Assembly: GCA_038087875.1 (NCBI GenBank) | Contig: CM075990.1 | Span: 13,022,001-13,086,000 of the forward strand | Direction of reading: 5' to 3' | Origin: Malacoraja senta | Lineage: Eukaryota | Length of the DNA stretch: 64,000 nt | Position numbers and translations under genes: made by a program | Notes under the pieces: generated by a model | Told to the model about the DNA's origin: nothing | The model's database searches: none | The model's input: the letters and a program-made list of their open reading frames with translations, nothing else | Part shown: positions 10,426 to 24,128 of the stretch, one piece after another | How the letters are laid out: each line of letters begins with the position of its first letter | Numbering within the stretch: the first letter of the stretch is position 1

Positions 10426-13400
10426 TCTAAACTACACTAGGAAGAAGGGTTTCGGCCCGAAACGTTGCCAATTTCCTTCGCTCCATAGATGCTGCTGCAC
10501 CCGCTGAGTTTCTCCAGCATTTTTGTGTACCTTCGATTTTCCAGCATCTGCAGTTCCTTCTTAAACACTTTGTCTACTCCACTGCGAAATCTCCTCATGG
10601 TATGCCTACTTTGAAGAAGTTCTCCTCCTCTCTCCGGAGACATTTTCACAACCTCCTCTCTAACTGCCCCCCCTCTGTGATCCCCCTTGCCCTCCATCTC
10701 CGAAGAAGGGTTTTGGCCCGAAACGTTGCCTATTTCCTTCGCTCCATAGATGCTGCTGCACCCGCTGAGTTTCTCCAGCATTTTTGTGTACCCTCTAAAC
10801 TACACGGCTGACTGCAGGACTTCTTGTACCTGCCATTCAACAAACAATTTGGCTCTGAAAGGGCATCAACACAAAACGTTAACTCGCTTCCTCTTTCCGC
10901 AACTGCCGATCTACCAAGTATTTCCAAATTTCCAAACACGCGCTACATTTTGCTTTCAAGTTCAGTAAAGTTTGTTAACCACCAAGCACCTTCTCTCCTT
11001 CCCCTTCCACATAAAGCAATTCGAAAGCTTGCAGTGTCTTTAACAGCCAAGTGGAAAATCAGGTGCTAGATTTTTCTCCCCACAAACCACAGGACTAAAT
11101 GTATCACTTCCTCCCAGCCTCAAGCTTCAGTTTCCCGATTCCACTATCCACAGACTCAGCAACAAATTATATTTAATGCATCCAAACATGCAAAGGCAGG
11201 TAAATAGATAATACAAGTTTAGAGCGATATGGGCCAAATGCAGGCAGGTGGGACTAGTGTAAATGGGGCAACTTGGTTGGCATGGACAAGATGGGCCCAA
11301 GGTCCTGTTTCTATGCTCTATGACTCCATGGCACTGCACAGCAACGTATAAAACCACGTTATGCAAGGTCAGGGTATCAAAAACTTTGGGTCAGTGGGTT
11401 TTGAAGGAGAAGATGTGAAGAGGTGGACAGGCTTAGGGAGGGAATCCTAGAGTTGCAGCCAAGGAGCTGAAAAAGTAGCCACAAATAGCAGAATAATGAA
11501 AATTAAGTAACGGTAAGAGATCAGCCTTGGAGAAGTACTGATATCTGAAGGTTACTGGGCACAGAGCAGTAGAAATAGGAATGAGAATTTGCAATAAGGA
11601 ATGAGAACTTTAAAAGCAAACCAATGCTGATGTAAGTAAACAAGCACATGATAGAACAAATGGCATTCAGTTGTGAAACCTACTACCTTCTCCCCTCGCC
11701 TCCTGTAACTTGTTATAAACTGCTGTGGTTACAATTCAGAACATCATTTGCCTAGAATACCATTTTCAGCTTCACATAACGCAGCATAACAATCTGGTAA
11801 GCAGCAGAGAAAGAATATATAGGTTCTTTAAACATAGATGTTATTCATTCAATTTAAAATAGTGAGACCACATGCATGGAGTCTCATCATTGATTCAAGT
11901 AACCTTTGCATCCCCTCTCTCTCCATCCCACCCCCACCCTAGTCGTCGCATTAGTTTCACTGTCATCCTGCTGAGTTTCACTATTTGTATTACTCGTTAT
12001 CACCTTCTCCACAGCCAACAATAGACCATTGTGGACTCCACCTTTCCTTGATCATCGTTGCTGGCTTTGATCTGTCTGTTTGCATATCTTTCATTCACTT
12101 GTTCTCAGTGTCTTTTCATGTTGCTTGGTTCCCTCTTCCCTGATTCTCAGTCTGAAGAAGGGTCTCAACCCGAAATGTCGCCTATTCCTTTTCTCCAGAG
12201 ATGCCGCTTGACCTGATGAGTTCCTCCAACTTTTTGTTTCTATCTCCAGTTTATTTTAAGGTAGACACAAAATGCTGGAGTAACTCAGCGGGACAGGCAG
12301 CATCTCTGGAGAGAAGGAATGGTTGAGGTTCTGCATCAAGACCCTTCTATTATCTGAGAAAAATGCTTGCATATTTGTAATGCCAAAGGATTACGAGTGA
12401 AATCATATAGTAAGGAGATCTGTCAGATTTACTGGCAAGGCCCATTGAAGATCTGAAAAAGAGTCTCGGCCCGAAACTTCACCCATTCCTGCTGAGTTAC
12501 TCCAGCTTTTTGTGTCTACCTTTGGTTTAAACCAGCATCTGCAGTTCCTTCTTACCCATTGAAGATCTTCACTGTTCAAGATAATCTAAATTTCTTTCTC
12601 CCATTTCCGAAGCAAATAAAATAAAATTATATTAAAAATAAACAGCAGAAGTAGGACATCTTGCCAATTTAGCTTGTCTGAAAGCAAATAAAATAACATT
12701 GAAAATGAACACAAAACAGGAGAAATAGGACAACTTGCCAATTTAGCTTGAGGAACTGCTTCAGAATGGAGTACCAGACAGCGTCATGTTTTTATACGGC
12801 CACTGTATTCAATCTAAAGAAGGGTTAAGGCCCGAAACGTTGCCTATTTCCTTCGCTCCATAGATGCTGCTGCACCCGCTGAGTTTCTCCAGCATTTTTG
12901 TGTACCACTGTATTCAGTCTGCCTGTTCCTGTCTATTTAATTATTTAACTCCACTCCAAATGAGCATTATATTCTGTAGGTAGACAAAAATGCTGGAGAA
13001 ACTCAGTGGGTGAGGCAACATCTATGGAGCGAAGGAAATAGGCAACGTTTCGGGCCGAAACCCAAGGGTTTCGGCTTCGAAACGTTGCCTATTTCCTTCG
13101 CTCCATAGATGTTGCTGAGTTTCTCCAGCATTTTTGTCTACCTTTGATTTTCCAGCATCTGCAGTTCTTTCTTAAACATTATATTCTGTCCATTGGCATT
13201 GCATCTCTACCTCATCTCATCTCCCCTTGAACTCCTATATGAGCATTTGGTATTTCTAAACTGTTTCGATGCTACCTTGATTGGCTTTCAATCTCCATGA
13301 ACCAGAACTCATCTGAAACTCTGCTTACGAATTTTAATGCAGCACAGTTCTTGGCCAAAGGCACAATCTAGATTTCATGATGAGCACGATTTATGACAAT

Positions 13401-14960
13401 CTGATGGACTGGTGGATCTTCAACTAACACCTCATCTAAACAAGTCGTCCTAATCAATTGTCTGACCAGGTAGTAAAATAACAGCAAATAAAATAGAATG
13501 CTTAGTATAGTAAAATCCAACAAAAAAGGGATGCTAAGGTGGTATTAGGAGCAATGATTAAACAGCCTGATTTAACGCAGGGTTTTCATGGAATAGAGAA
13601 GCAGAAGGTTTCAGGATCAGAATTTCCAAGTACAGGCTTTATTATAACCAATGAGGGGGGGATTTGCACAGAGGTCAAAGTTGGAGGAAATGTGTGGGAA
13701 GGAACTACAGGTATTGGTTTAAACCGAAGATAGACACAAAAAAGCTGGATTAACTCAGCGGGACAGGCAGCATCTCTGGAGAGAAGGAACGGGTGATGTT
13801 CCGAGTCGAGAAGAAGGGTCTCAACCCGAAACGTCACCCATTTCTTCGCTCCAGAGATGCTGCCTGTCCCGCTGAGTTAGTCAAAGTCAGAGGAAGACGG
13901 TGTTTGGAAGAGGCCAATACAGGTCAGAGGGAGACGTGAACTAATGAAGGCAATTAAACATAAGAATGTTAGGACAAAATGCTTGAGGGAGCCATAGCTT
14001 CATAACTCTCCAGGTTAAAAAACAAGTTACAAATGTTGAATAACTGAAAATATATATTTCTAATACGCAGCAGACCCACCATCATTTCAGAGGAAAACAA
14101 TGTTAACATTTCCTCTCTCAGAGACTGGTAAATGTTATTCCCTTATCCTGTACCTAGACACTGTAAATGGCTCAATGGTAATCATGTATTGTCTTTCCGC
14201 TGACTGGATAGCACGCAACAAAAGCTTTTCACAGTACCTCGGTGCATATGACAATAAATTGAACTGACTGTCAAAACTTCATTTCCACTTTTATTTCTGC
14301 AATTTACCAAAACAGTTAAATGCACAATTTGGTAAAGTAACTACTTCCTTAAGTTACATAAATATTAGATTTTTCTGTTACCTTAACAGCGGAAATCCCT
14401 AAAGCTGCTCAGGACAGAGGATTAATAGGCAGCCCAGGGTTTCTGAAAGACTTGCTGTAAACCTTATCACGAGTGTGATGAGCTCGCACCTCATTGTACT
14501 AAATGCACAAATCGTTTCTGTTGAATAATCAGTTTTTCATTCAAAGACAAAGCCCCGGTTTGTTCTTAGTTTAAATCAGCCCTGATGTGGTTCTTCCAGC
14601 TATCAAGGGGAGCTGGGGAACAAGGTCCATTTTTTGGCTGTGGCTGTAACAACATGTTGTGCCACGGAGTATCTTGGCACAGTGCTCTGCACATCGGTGT
14701 GTGAGTTCAAAAACACACGTAATCCACGGCTGCTCTTTTTAAACTACGCTTGTTTACAAATTTTGCTTTGACAATGATTTGTGGCAAAGAATAACCTCAT
14801 TTATTTTCTTTTGTGCAGACAAGTGAAGGAAAATAAGAAGCACTTCTCAGTTCCATCACAGCCCACTGCTAACTTGATTCACCTGTTTATTTTTACTGCT
14901 AAGTTCCTGTGGAAATAAAGCTGCAGCTTTCCTAACATGGATTTAAAGTCGTAACCCTTA

Positions 14961-15150
14961 TGGGCCTGTTCCACTTAGGCGACTTTTTAGGTCAGGGACT
15001 AGTTTTAATGGAATTCACCTACGACACCTGGCGACAACCCACGACAGCAAAAATTGTCGCCACTGACGCCGAAAAATTTTCAACATGTTTAAAGTTTTGT
15101 GGCAGTCGCCTGTAGTCGCCCAAAAAAATCGCCTAAGTGGGACAGGCCCA
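14961..15150. mobile_element. PIF/Harbinger-type MITE
   Basis: TIRs tgggcctgttccacttaggcga and tcgcctaagtgggacaggccca, flanked by TTA on both sides (3-bp TWA TSD). Confidence 0.8.
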
Positions 15151-18100
15151 TTAGGAGCATCACATTGAAGATGCTTGGCATCATTCATTACAGGAGCTCA
15201 CTCAACTCTCTGTGCCTGTGGCAGCTCTATAAAAGAATCATTCATAAGTTCATAAATTCTAGGCGCAGAATTGGGTCACTCAGCCCATCAAGTCTACTCC
15301 GCCAAATATATCTCACTCTCCTGTTTTTTCCCAATGAACATTGGGAATTGGGAATTGTTCTTGCTTTTAAATATAAAGACTTGCACCTACAGTATGTTCT
15401 GATGCTTTCCTATCTTTACTGTATACCTGCAAACTAAGTTTATTTACTCCTCTCAACTAGAAGAATTGTTAGCTTTTAAAACACATATCTTTCTTTTGTT
15501 CTTGCATACTAATGTAACTTAATATATTATTGATTGTAATTTAATAATTTAATATAATCCCATTTTTTTTAAGATGGTCTGTATCTTCCCTCCTTTTGCC
15601 CATTATACTAATTAACCTTTGTGGCCCTGGAGTATTTTGCAGGTCTTATTATCTTTTCCTATTGTCCCTCTACTCAATATGGCATCAGGAAGTTCAGCTA
15701 TTGTTTGCACAACCCCTAAGATTCAGTTTCAGATGTGTTTATTGTCATATACACCAGGGTGTAATGAAATTCCATGTTTGCATGATGCTCACAGAGTGCA
15801 CATGGTCATGATAGATACAACCATAAGTAGGACAAAACAGTAGAATGGTGCAAATAAAACTAAAGTTACAGAATAACTGAATGAGGTCGAGTTAATAATA
15901 AGGCCACGTGACCGCACCTCTGAGAAGAGGGTGTGAAAAAGGTTAGGAAGAAACTGTTCTTGTTTAGATGTCTGCGCTTTCAAGCTCCTATGTCTTCTCC
16001 CAGAAAGTAGAAGAGAGAAAAGAGAATGGCCACGGTGGCATGCATCCTCAATGATACATGCAGCCTTCCAGATGAAGTGCACCATGAAGAGAACTTGTGC
16101 ATGTTATGGACTGGGCTGTGTTGATTGATTGTTTGATTGTCACATGTACCTGGTACAGTGAAATTCTTTCTTTTCCATACCATGCACAAGTATGCAAAGA
16201 GACGCCATGTATAGGATGCTGACAAAGTCACAAAAGTATCCACTATAGTCCCAATGGATCCTCTTCCATCTCATCTCATCCTCATCCCCCCCCCCCCCGT
16301 CCCTCATTGTTCTTGACCCCCCCCACATCAGGTCCCGTTGACCATTTCCCGTTGCTGACCATTCTCTGCAGCTTCAGGCAAAGCAGTTGCCACCGTAATA
16401 CTTTCTATAACACACCGAAAGAAGTTCGAGACAATCCTCGTTTACATGCCGAATTTTCGCAGACGCCTAAGAAAGTAAAAATGAGGTTGCGCTTTCTTGA
16501 CCACTGCATCAGGCCACGATGGAGAAAAGGACATGAAGAAGAGATTAAATAAAGACTGGGAGAAGCACCACACTACACCAGTCTTTATAGACCTTTGGGA
16601 ATAAGTAGCCCAGTTCCTTGTCAAAAATGTTATGTGCTAATAAATGATAATGAGGGGATTGCTAAAAGTTATCGTTGGGAAATAAATAATTGCAAGTCAT
16701 TACAAAAGGTGGTTTGGTGATTTTAAAACAAATAAGATTTGGCAATTTCTGAATTTCTTTAATTGTATCTGCACTAGATTTTTAAGTCGTCTTCTTATGT
16801 AGTCCAACAACCATTACCCAATAAAATGGGGAGATTTGGCAAGCATAAAAGTCTACAATACTACATTAGAGAGCAATTGAACCCGGGTCTCTGGCGATGT
16901 GTAGCAGCAACTCTATCACTGCGCCAATGTGCTACCACTGCAAATCTATTCATCTCTGTCCCTGTCTTTTTACTCCTCAGGTGAAGGAAATAGGTCCTTG
17001 CTATTTACTCTGTCTAAATTTAGTATAATTTTACAAACACCTCAATTGCATTTTGTCTCTGGCTCCTCTGTTCCAAACGAAACAATCTAATCTTGCTTCA
17101 TAGCTAAAATTTTCCAGTGCCCAAATCATCCTTGTAAATCTCTGGATATACCAGATGCATTGGCTTCTAATATTTGTGTTCTTCTGTGACTGAGTTACTG
17201 TTCTTTTTGTTCCGTTGCCATGCATGTATAATATATTTGGCTGCTGCAATAGCAGTATCTCCCTTTGTTTTGCCAGCATATCTTTCTGAAATTTGAACCA
17301 GAATCTTGAGGATGTGTCGCCGTTTATTTGTGAGAGTCCCTGAAACCATGTTGGCCAATTCCGTGAGATTCCTATAAATTTGTAGTCTTTGCAGGAAGCC
17401 ATTGATTTAAAACATATGCACTGGAGTCAACATTGATTTTCAGAGGGGGCATCGTGGACAGTGACAATCATTTTAGGTAGCTCTCTACACCCGATTGTTT
17501 GAAAAATATCGATACAAAAATCATGAATCTAATTATTGCCGATTCTTTAACTTAAATTTATCACTGCAGTCATAATTCATCACCAGTATTATCAGTGGAT
17601 TTAACAACATGGAATTTGCATTGGAAGCAGTGGATTCCTTCACTATTGAACCCAGTCCGACTGCAGTTATTTCACTGCAGATCTAAACTGGTCCAATCCA
17701 GATTGAAGAAAAATGATGCCACAAAGTAACATTGCTCAGAACATTTTCAAGTGATTAATGACACCTAGTGGTGGATAAATCCTACCACTTATTGCATGAT
17801 AGTCACACTAACTTCAAGGAAGGAGAGAGACCCTTTCAACCCATCGAGTCTATGCCAGTTCAAAGCGCAATCCCATTCCTCGCTAATTTTCCACTAAACC
17901 TACAAACTTATCAACTCCTCTCAGATTCTACCAATCACCTCCAACGGGCAATTTACAGAAGCCAATTTAGTTACCAACCTGCATGTCTTTGGGATCGGGG
18001 AGAAAACTAAAGCACCTTGGAGGGGAAACCACACACTCAGAGTGAACATACAAACTCCACACAGACAGCACCAGTGGGCATGGCTTAAAGGAGATGTTCG

Positions 18101-18248
18101 GGGCAACTTATTTACACAGAGGGTGGTGAGTGCCTGGAACGTGCATGCTGCCAGGGCAGGTAGTCGAGGCACATACAATAGTTGGATAGGCACATGGATA
18201 TACAGGGAATGGAAGGATATGGATTATGCACAGGCAGATAACAGATGA

Positions 18249-18667
18249 TCTGATTCAGATTCAGATTCAGATTCAACTTTATTGTCATTGTGCAGTGTAC
18301 AGTACAGAGACAACGAAATGCAGTTAGCATCTCCCTAGAAGAGCGACATAAATATGAGCAGTAAATAAATAAATCTAATAAATCCTGGTGGGAGGAGTGT
18401 CCGGGGGGGGGGGTGTGATTGGCAGTCACCGAGGTACAGTGTTGAGTAGTGTAACCGCCGCAGGGAAGAAGCTGTTCCTGGACCTGCTGGTCCGGCAACG
18501 GAGAGACCTGTAGCGCCTCCCGGATGGTAGGAGGGTAAACAGTCTGTGGTTGGGGTGAGAGCAGTCCTTGGCGATGCTGAGCGCCCTTCGCAGACAACGC
18601 TTGCTTTGGACAGACTCAATGGTGGGGAGTGAGGAACCGGTGATGCGTTGGGCAGTTTTCACCACCC
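18249..18667 (-). mobile_element. Rex1/Babar-clade LINE 3' fragment (related pieces at about 15718-16085, 16340-16590, 50085-50490, 62055-62305)
   Basis: Encodes RVVKTAQRITGSSLP...HPNHRLFTLLPSGRRYRSLRCRTSRSRNSFFPAAVTLLN. 3' end is tgacaataaag plus (tgaatc)n. Confidence 0.8.
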
Positions 18668-19812
18668 TGGGCAACATTATGGGCTGAAGGGCCTGTACTT
18701 GTGCTGTACTGTTCAATGCTTGTAAGAATTAAACATGGATGCCGGAACTGTGAGGCAACAGTTCTACTCACTGCCACCCCAAATGATGTTAGTTATCAGT
18801 TAATTAAATATGCTTATCTGGAATAAACACTCCTATACTCGGTGAATGAGTCAAGTTATCTGCAAATAAATAAAATAAATTCTCCCCTGACTCAGTCTGA
18901 AGAAGGGTCTCGACCCGAAACATCACCAATTCTTTTTCCCCAGAGATGCTGCCTGACCCACTGAGTTACTCCAGCATTTTGTTTCTATCTATCTGCAAAT
19001 AAATATTTACCCTCCATTATACTATGAACTGCAGCTCTTTATGTCATAAGTGATAAGAGCACAATTAGGCCATTCGGCCCATCATGTTTACTCCGCCATT
19101 CAATCATGGCTGATCTATCTCTCCCTCCTAACCCCATTCTCCTGCCGTCTCCCCATAACCTCTGACACCCGTACTAATCAAGAATCTATCTATCTCTGCC
19201 TCAAAATGACCCAATACTGGGGCTGTGAGGCAGCAGCACCACTAGTTACACCACTGTATCACCATGAAGTCAGACATGGAGTCAGTCTGGTTGATATATC
19301 TGTGACCACACAAGAACAAATGGAATAAAGCTTCTGAATAAAACCCCAGTGGGAAAACTGAACAAATAAGCAATATTGAAGCCACCGGCATTCCAAGTTA
19401 CAACCTGGTTCTGAACTTTCGGTTATTTGCTTATAAAGTTGTCGAGCCTTGACAATTGGTGCAGGGAGTGAGAAGATTACAAGTACAAAATGCTTAAACT
19501 GGTGATCATAAAGTAAGCAAACAAAACATTTGATTATTAGTAATTAAAGGTATGGAAGATATGACAAGCTTGATCATACCTTAGTTACCTAAATAGTGAG
19601 AATGTGCATTTTCTACCACAGTGAGTGATTGAAGCGTAAGGTATGGAAACTTTCAAGGGATGATTGGCCAAGCTTGAAGGAGTGCTGTGCTGAGAGATTT
19701 AGGTGCTAGTGATGCATAGACTGTTGTGGCAAATGACCGGTTTTAGTGCCGTCTATCCTATGTAATGCTAGTTAATGCGGGAACGCAGAAAATTGCCACG
19801 GGTTTTACTCAC

Positions 19813-19949
19813 TCAATAAAGTCCTCCTTGCATTTCCGCAGCAGTTCACAGGCTTTTGTCACTTCTTGGTCATTAAGTAGGATCAGCGTTCCGATTGTTA
19901 GGTGTAGCTTTGCGGGGTTCTGGAAAATACTGTCATCAATCCCACGGTC
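19813..19949 (-). CDS. ASCC1: ASCC1 coding exon 5 (2H-phosphoesterase domain, first HxT motif)
   Basis: ctccag|GAC...GA|gtgagt, 137 bp. Encodes DRGIDDSIFQNPAKLHLTIGTLILLNDQEVTKACELLRKCKEDFI, with the HLT motif. Confidence 0.95.
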
Positions 19950-21589
19950 CTGGAGGGGATAAGTTCAGAAGATCATAAATGATAGGAGCAGAATTAGGCC
20001 CTTCGGCCCTTCAAGTCATTCAATCATGGCTGATCTGTCGCTCCAGCTCAACCCCGTTCTCCTGCCTTCCCCCCCCCCCCATAACCCCTGACGCCCATAG
20101 ACATCAAGAATCCATCTATCCCTGCCTTAAAAACATCCATCGACTCCACAGCCTTCTGAGGCAATGAATTCCATGAGTTTAGTGTGGGAGGAAACTGGAG
20201 CACCCAGAGAAAACCCACGCGGTCACAGGGAGAATGTACAAACTCCCTACAGGCAGCACCCGGAGTCAGGATCAAACCAGGATCTCTAGCGCCATAACAA
20301 TTCAGATATTATTGAAGTAGTGATTCTGCTTCCCAGATTATAAAAGCATTTGCACTGAAAAGCATTATTATGGAAAGAGGCATAAATACTGCCCAAAGTC
20401 TGATGAGGTAGGTAGGAAACTAACTCTCCATTGCTCTTCTGGATCCTCTTTGAACTGTTAAGGGTCGAGGGATTGCACTTTTATCTCCAAGTACTTATCA
20501 CTGCTGTTATGGAGATCCAATTAGAATGCTGACGTAAGGGCAGCTATCAATACGTGATTGCAAGCCGCTTTGCTGTGATTATATCAGTTTGCACAACATG
20601 AGCTTCAGGTTTTCTTGCAACTTGACCTGTGCAACATCAATAGAATGGCCTCGGGGCTATCCAGATTAATCTGTACGTGTAGCAGAGCTCAAATTGGTTA
20701 GACTCCATTAATACCACACCACTGTGCATCTTTGATCAAAGGCTTAATGTAGTAGGCTTGATTCAATTAGCAGTGGTTCTCTTTTGATCAGAAAAACTTG
20801 GATCAGTTGTAATTATTTCCATACCATGGAGATATGCAAAGTGTTAATTTCTTCCTTGATATAATTTAAAATATTCATATCATCATCTACTGGTAGTTAG
20901 ATATAAGGGCAAATCACCTCTTGAAAGATTTAAATTGTCTGGACTGTGACTGTGGCATTTAACTGCTAACTTGACGCCTCCCTGAAGGTCAGTATTCCAA
21001 GCACACCTCTTGTCTGAATACTTTTAATCCTACAGTATTCAAACTGCTTATGTTAAAAGGTAATTCGCTTGCAAGTTTCATTCTCCACATCAATGAATGT
21101 TTTGTTTTAATGATCACAAATTCAGGAAAGTTCATCTTACCATGGAAGAACATTTGAGGGGATAAACTGAACTGATAATTTCACAGAACGGTTACAACCC
21201 ACGAGATAGTTGTTTGGCCTGTCAAATGCACAGACTCTCTTCAAGAGCAATCCTACAAATCACACTCTGCTGCCTTCTCTGCAAGTTCTTCTCTTTCCAG
21301 AGCTTTTCCAGCACCCTTTTGAACTACTGATTGTAGCATTGTGTATTAATGATGAATGCGTTGGGGCTGGTGGATAGAATGACACAGCATGGAAGCAGGC
21401 CGTTTGGCACACCATATCCAAACTGACCATCAACCACCCATATACACGAGTCCAACATTAATCCTAGTTTTAAAAATCTCCTCACATTCTCATCCCCTCC
21501 CTCCAGGTTCTATCACTCACCTACACACCAAGGACAATTTACAGTGGCCTACAACTTACAACTACAACTTGCATCTAGCCTGGCCTACA

Positions 21590-21945
21590 ACAGGCTAGAT
21601 GCAGGAAGATTGCTCCCGATGTTGGGGAAATCCAGGACAAGGGGTCACAGCTTAAGGATAAGGGGGAAATCCTTTAAAACCGAGATGAGAAGAACTTTTT
21701 TCACACAGAGAATGGTGAATCTCTGGAACTCTCTGCCACAGAGGGTAGTCGAGGCCAGTTCATTGGCTATATTTAAGAGGGAGCTAGATGTGGCCCTTGT
21801 GGCTAAAGGGATCAGAGGGTATGGAGAGAAGGCAGGTACGGGATACTGAGTTGGATGATCAGCCATGATCATATTGAATGGCGGTGCAGGCTCGAAGGGC
21901 CGAATGGCCTACTCCTGCACCTAATTTCTATGTTTCTATGTTTCT
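21590..21945 (+). mobile_element. CR1-clade LINE 3' fragment (similar pieces at about 33500-33790, 46100-46312, 56420-56700, 23540-23760)
   Basis: Encodes SRTRGHSLRIRG...FFTQRMVNLWNSLPQRVVEA, with a (tttctatg)n tail. Confidence 0.88.
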
Positions 21946-22468
21946 AACCCGTGTGTTCTTGGGACGTGGAAGGAAACCGGAGCATCTGGAGGAAACCCAC
22001 CCAGTTACAAGGAGAACACCAAATTCAACTAGACTGCAACCCTCATCTGAGGTCAAGAAGGAACCTGGGTCTCTGGCAACGACAAGGCAGCAGCTCTACT
22101 AGCTGTGCCACTGTGTAATCAATCCCGAGGTATGATCGAATAGGTGGCAGCTCCGGTTTCCTCCCACACACAGGTTAATTGGCTCGGTATAATTGTAAAT
22201 TGTCCCTAATGTGTGTAGGATAGTGTTAATGTGCGGGGATCATTGGTCGACATGGACCTGGTGGGTCGAAGTGCCTGTTTCCATGCTGCATCTCTAAACT
22301 AAACTAAAACTCAACACTCTCAGCAAACTGGTATTCAAAGACTGCGCTGTGGGAAATGAACGTCCAAACCTCTTGAAGGACCCTGAGCACTTCACACCGA
22401 AGGACCTACATCCTTCAACTCTCCCTGGTCTAGAGGATGATACCTTGTCCCCAGCCCAAGTACTGTAC

Positions 22469-22647
22469 CTGCGAGTGGCTCTCCAACACCTCCTCTTTAA
22501 ACTTCACAAACTGTTCCTGAATGGCGCGGTGATTGATGGCAAAGGACAGGAAGTGAGTGAAAGGTTGCTTCTTACGGAAACTGTCCAGCATCACCTCGAT
22601 CCGTGTTTGGGCTGATGCCACGCCTGCTCTCTGCTGCCCAGTGATAA
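22469..22647 (-). CDS. ASCC1: ASCC1 coding exon 4
   Basis: tttcag|TT...CAG|gtacag, 179 bp. Encodes VITGQQRAGVASAQTRIEVMLDSFRKKQPFTHFLSFAINHRAIQEQFVKFKEEVLESHSQ, including the conserved RKQPFTHFL. Confidence 0.95.
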
Positions 22648-24030
22648 CTGAAACAAAGTTGCTCGAGGTTAGAATTCATCTCTTCACTTTGTACTTTGTG
22701 AATTGACGATGCACCCTGCGGCGGGAGGCAGGACAGAGCTTTTCACTGGATCAGCCAGAGTCTGGTAACATTAACCTGCAGAACATCGGATGCACTGGAG
22801 TTTTATAGGCATTTATAATATGATCCTCCTGCAATCACTCCATTGAAATCGTGCACTAAAACACTCACACGGGGCAATAAATCAAGAACCAGTTTCATCC
22901 ATGTTTTGTCACTTCCAAATTTGATCACTTCTCCACCAGGTTTCCCACATTCAACCGTCTGTAACTTAAGATCAACCATAACAACCTGGTGGCGCCACCA
23001 GCAGTGGCTGCCTCAACAACAGTCTGTCTGTCCTTTCTTCTTTTTTGTTATTTTTAGTATGTGTTAAAAAGTATGTTTTAGTGTTCCTTGATTTGTTTCA
23101 TATAGGGGTGGGGTTGGGGATTTTTTTTTTTCAATCTCTTACTTCACGGAGATGCGATTTTTTTTCCGCATCGTTCTCCGTCCCCACTGCGGCCTAACAT
23201 CGTGGAGTTGGCGGCCTTTCCTGGAGACCGACCCGGCGCTCCAAGCCTCGGGACCTTAACCATCGTGATGTTAAACTCCCCAGAGATGTTTACAGTCCCA
23301 GAGATTTACTATTCATCATGAGGTAATATTAACATCCTTGCCCTCGAGAGACTGTGGCTCACATATAGGCCTATTATCTATCTACATCTAGAATGCTATG
23401 CTTTACTTTTACAATATCATCATGCAAGTATGGTAGCTGGTGGAGCTGCTGCCTCACAACACCAGGGACCTGGGCTTGATCCTGACCTCGGACGTTGTCA
23501 GAATAAATTGATGTTCACTCAAGATGGAGGTGGGAGGAACTACGCTCAGAGGATTGTGAATCTTTGGAATTTTCTACTCCAGAGGGCTGTGAAGGCAGAC
23601 TCCGCGAATATATTCAGGTTAGAGTGCGGCAAACATCCAGACCATAAGAGAGTTGGGGAATGGGAAGAACGCAGGTAAAGGTGTTCAGACCAAGAGCCAA
23701 TCAGCCATGATCTTACTGAATGGCAAGGCAGACTCAAAGAGCCAAATAGCCTACTCCTTCTCCCCTTTCTTACATTTGTTATTCTGAATCAATACCTTTC
23801 ATTCTGGTAACCCCTCTGGATGAAAGATAACCTCAGCAACTTGCTAATCCTCCTCAGAATCTTATTTAATTCAATAAGATCTTTCATTTTTCAATACTCC
23901 AATGAGTATAGGTATGACCGGTTCAACCTTTCATCATACGTCAACCCCTTCAACAATGGAATCAACACTGAGAACCTACTCTGCGCTCCCTCCATTACAA
24001 ACACCTCCCTCCATCCCAAATTAAGCTCAC

Positions 24031-24128
24031 CAATCGGTCCTTCCACTCCATGTTTGGGAATAGTTATGGAAGTCCGTGTTTCAGTCTCTAATCTGCGTTT
24101 GGTCTCAGCTTTCTTCCCAATTATATAT
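24031..24128 (-). CDS. ASCC1: ASCC1 coding exon 3 (KH domain)
   Basis: tcacag|A...G|gtgag, 98 bp. Encodes YIIGKKAETKRRLETETRTSITIPKHGVEGPI, the KH-domain GXXG-loop region (here GKKA). Confidence 0.93.
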
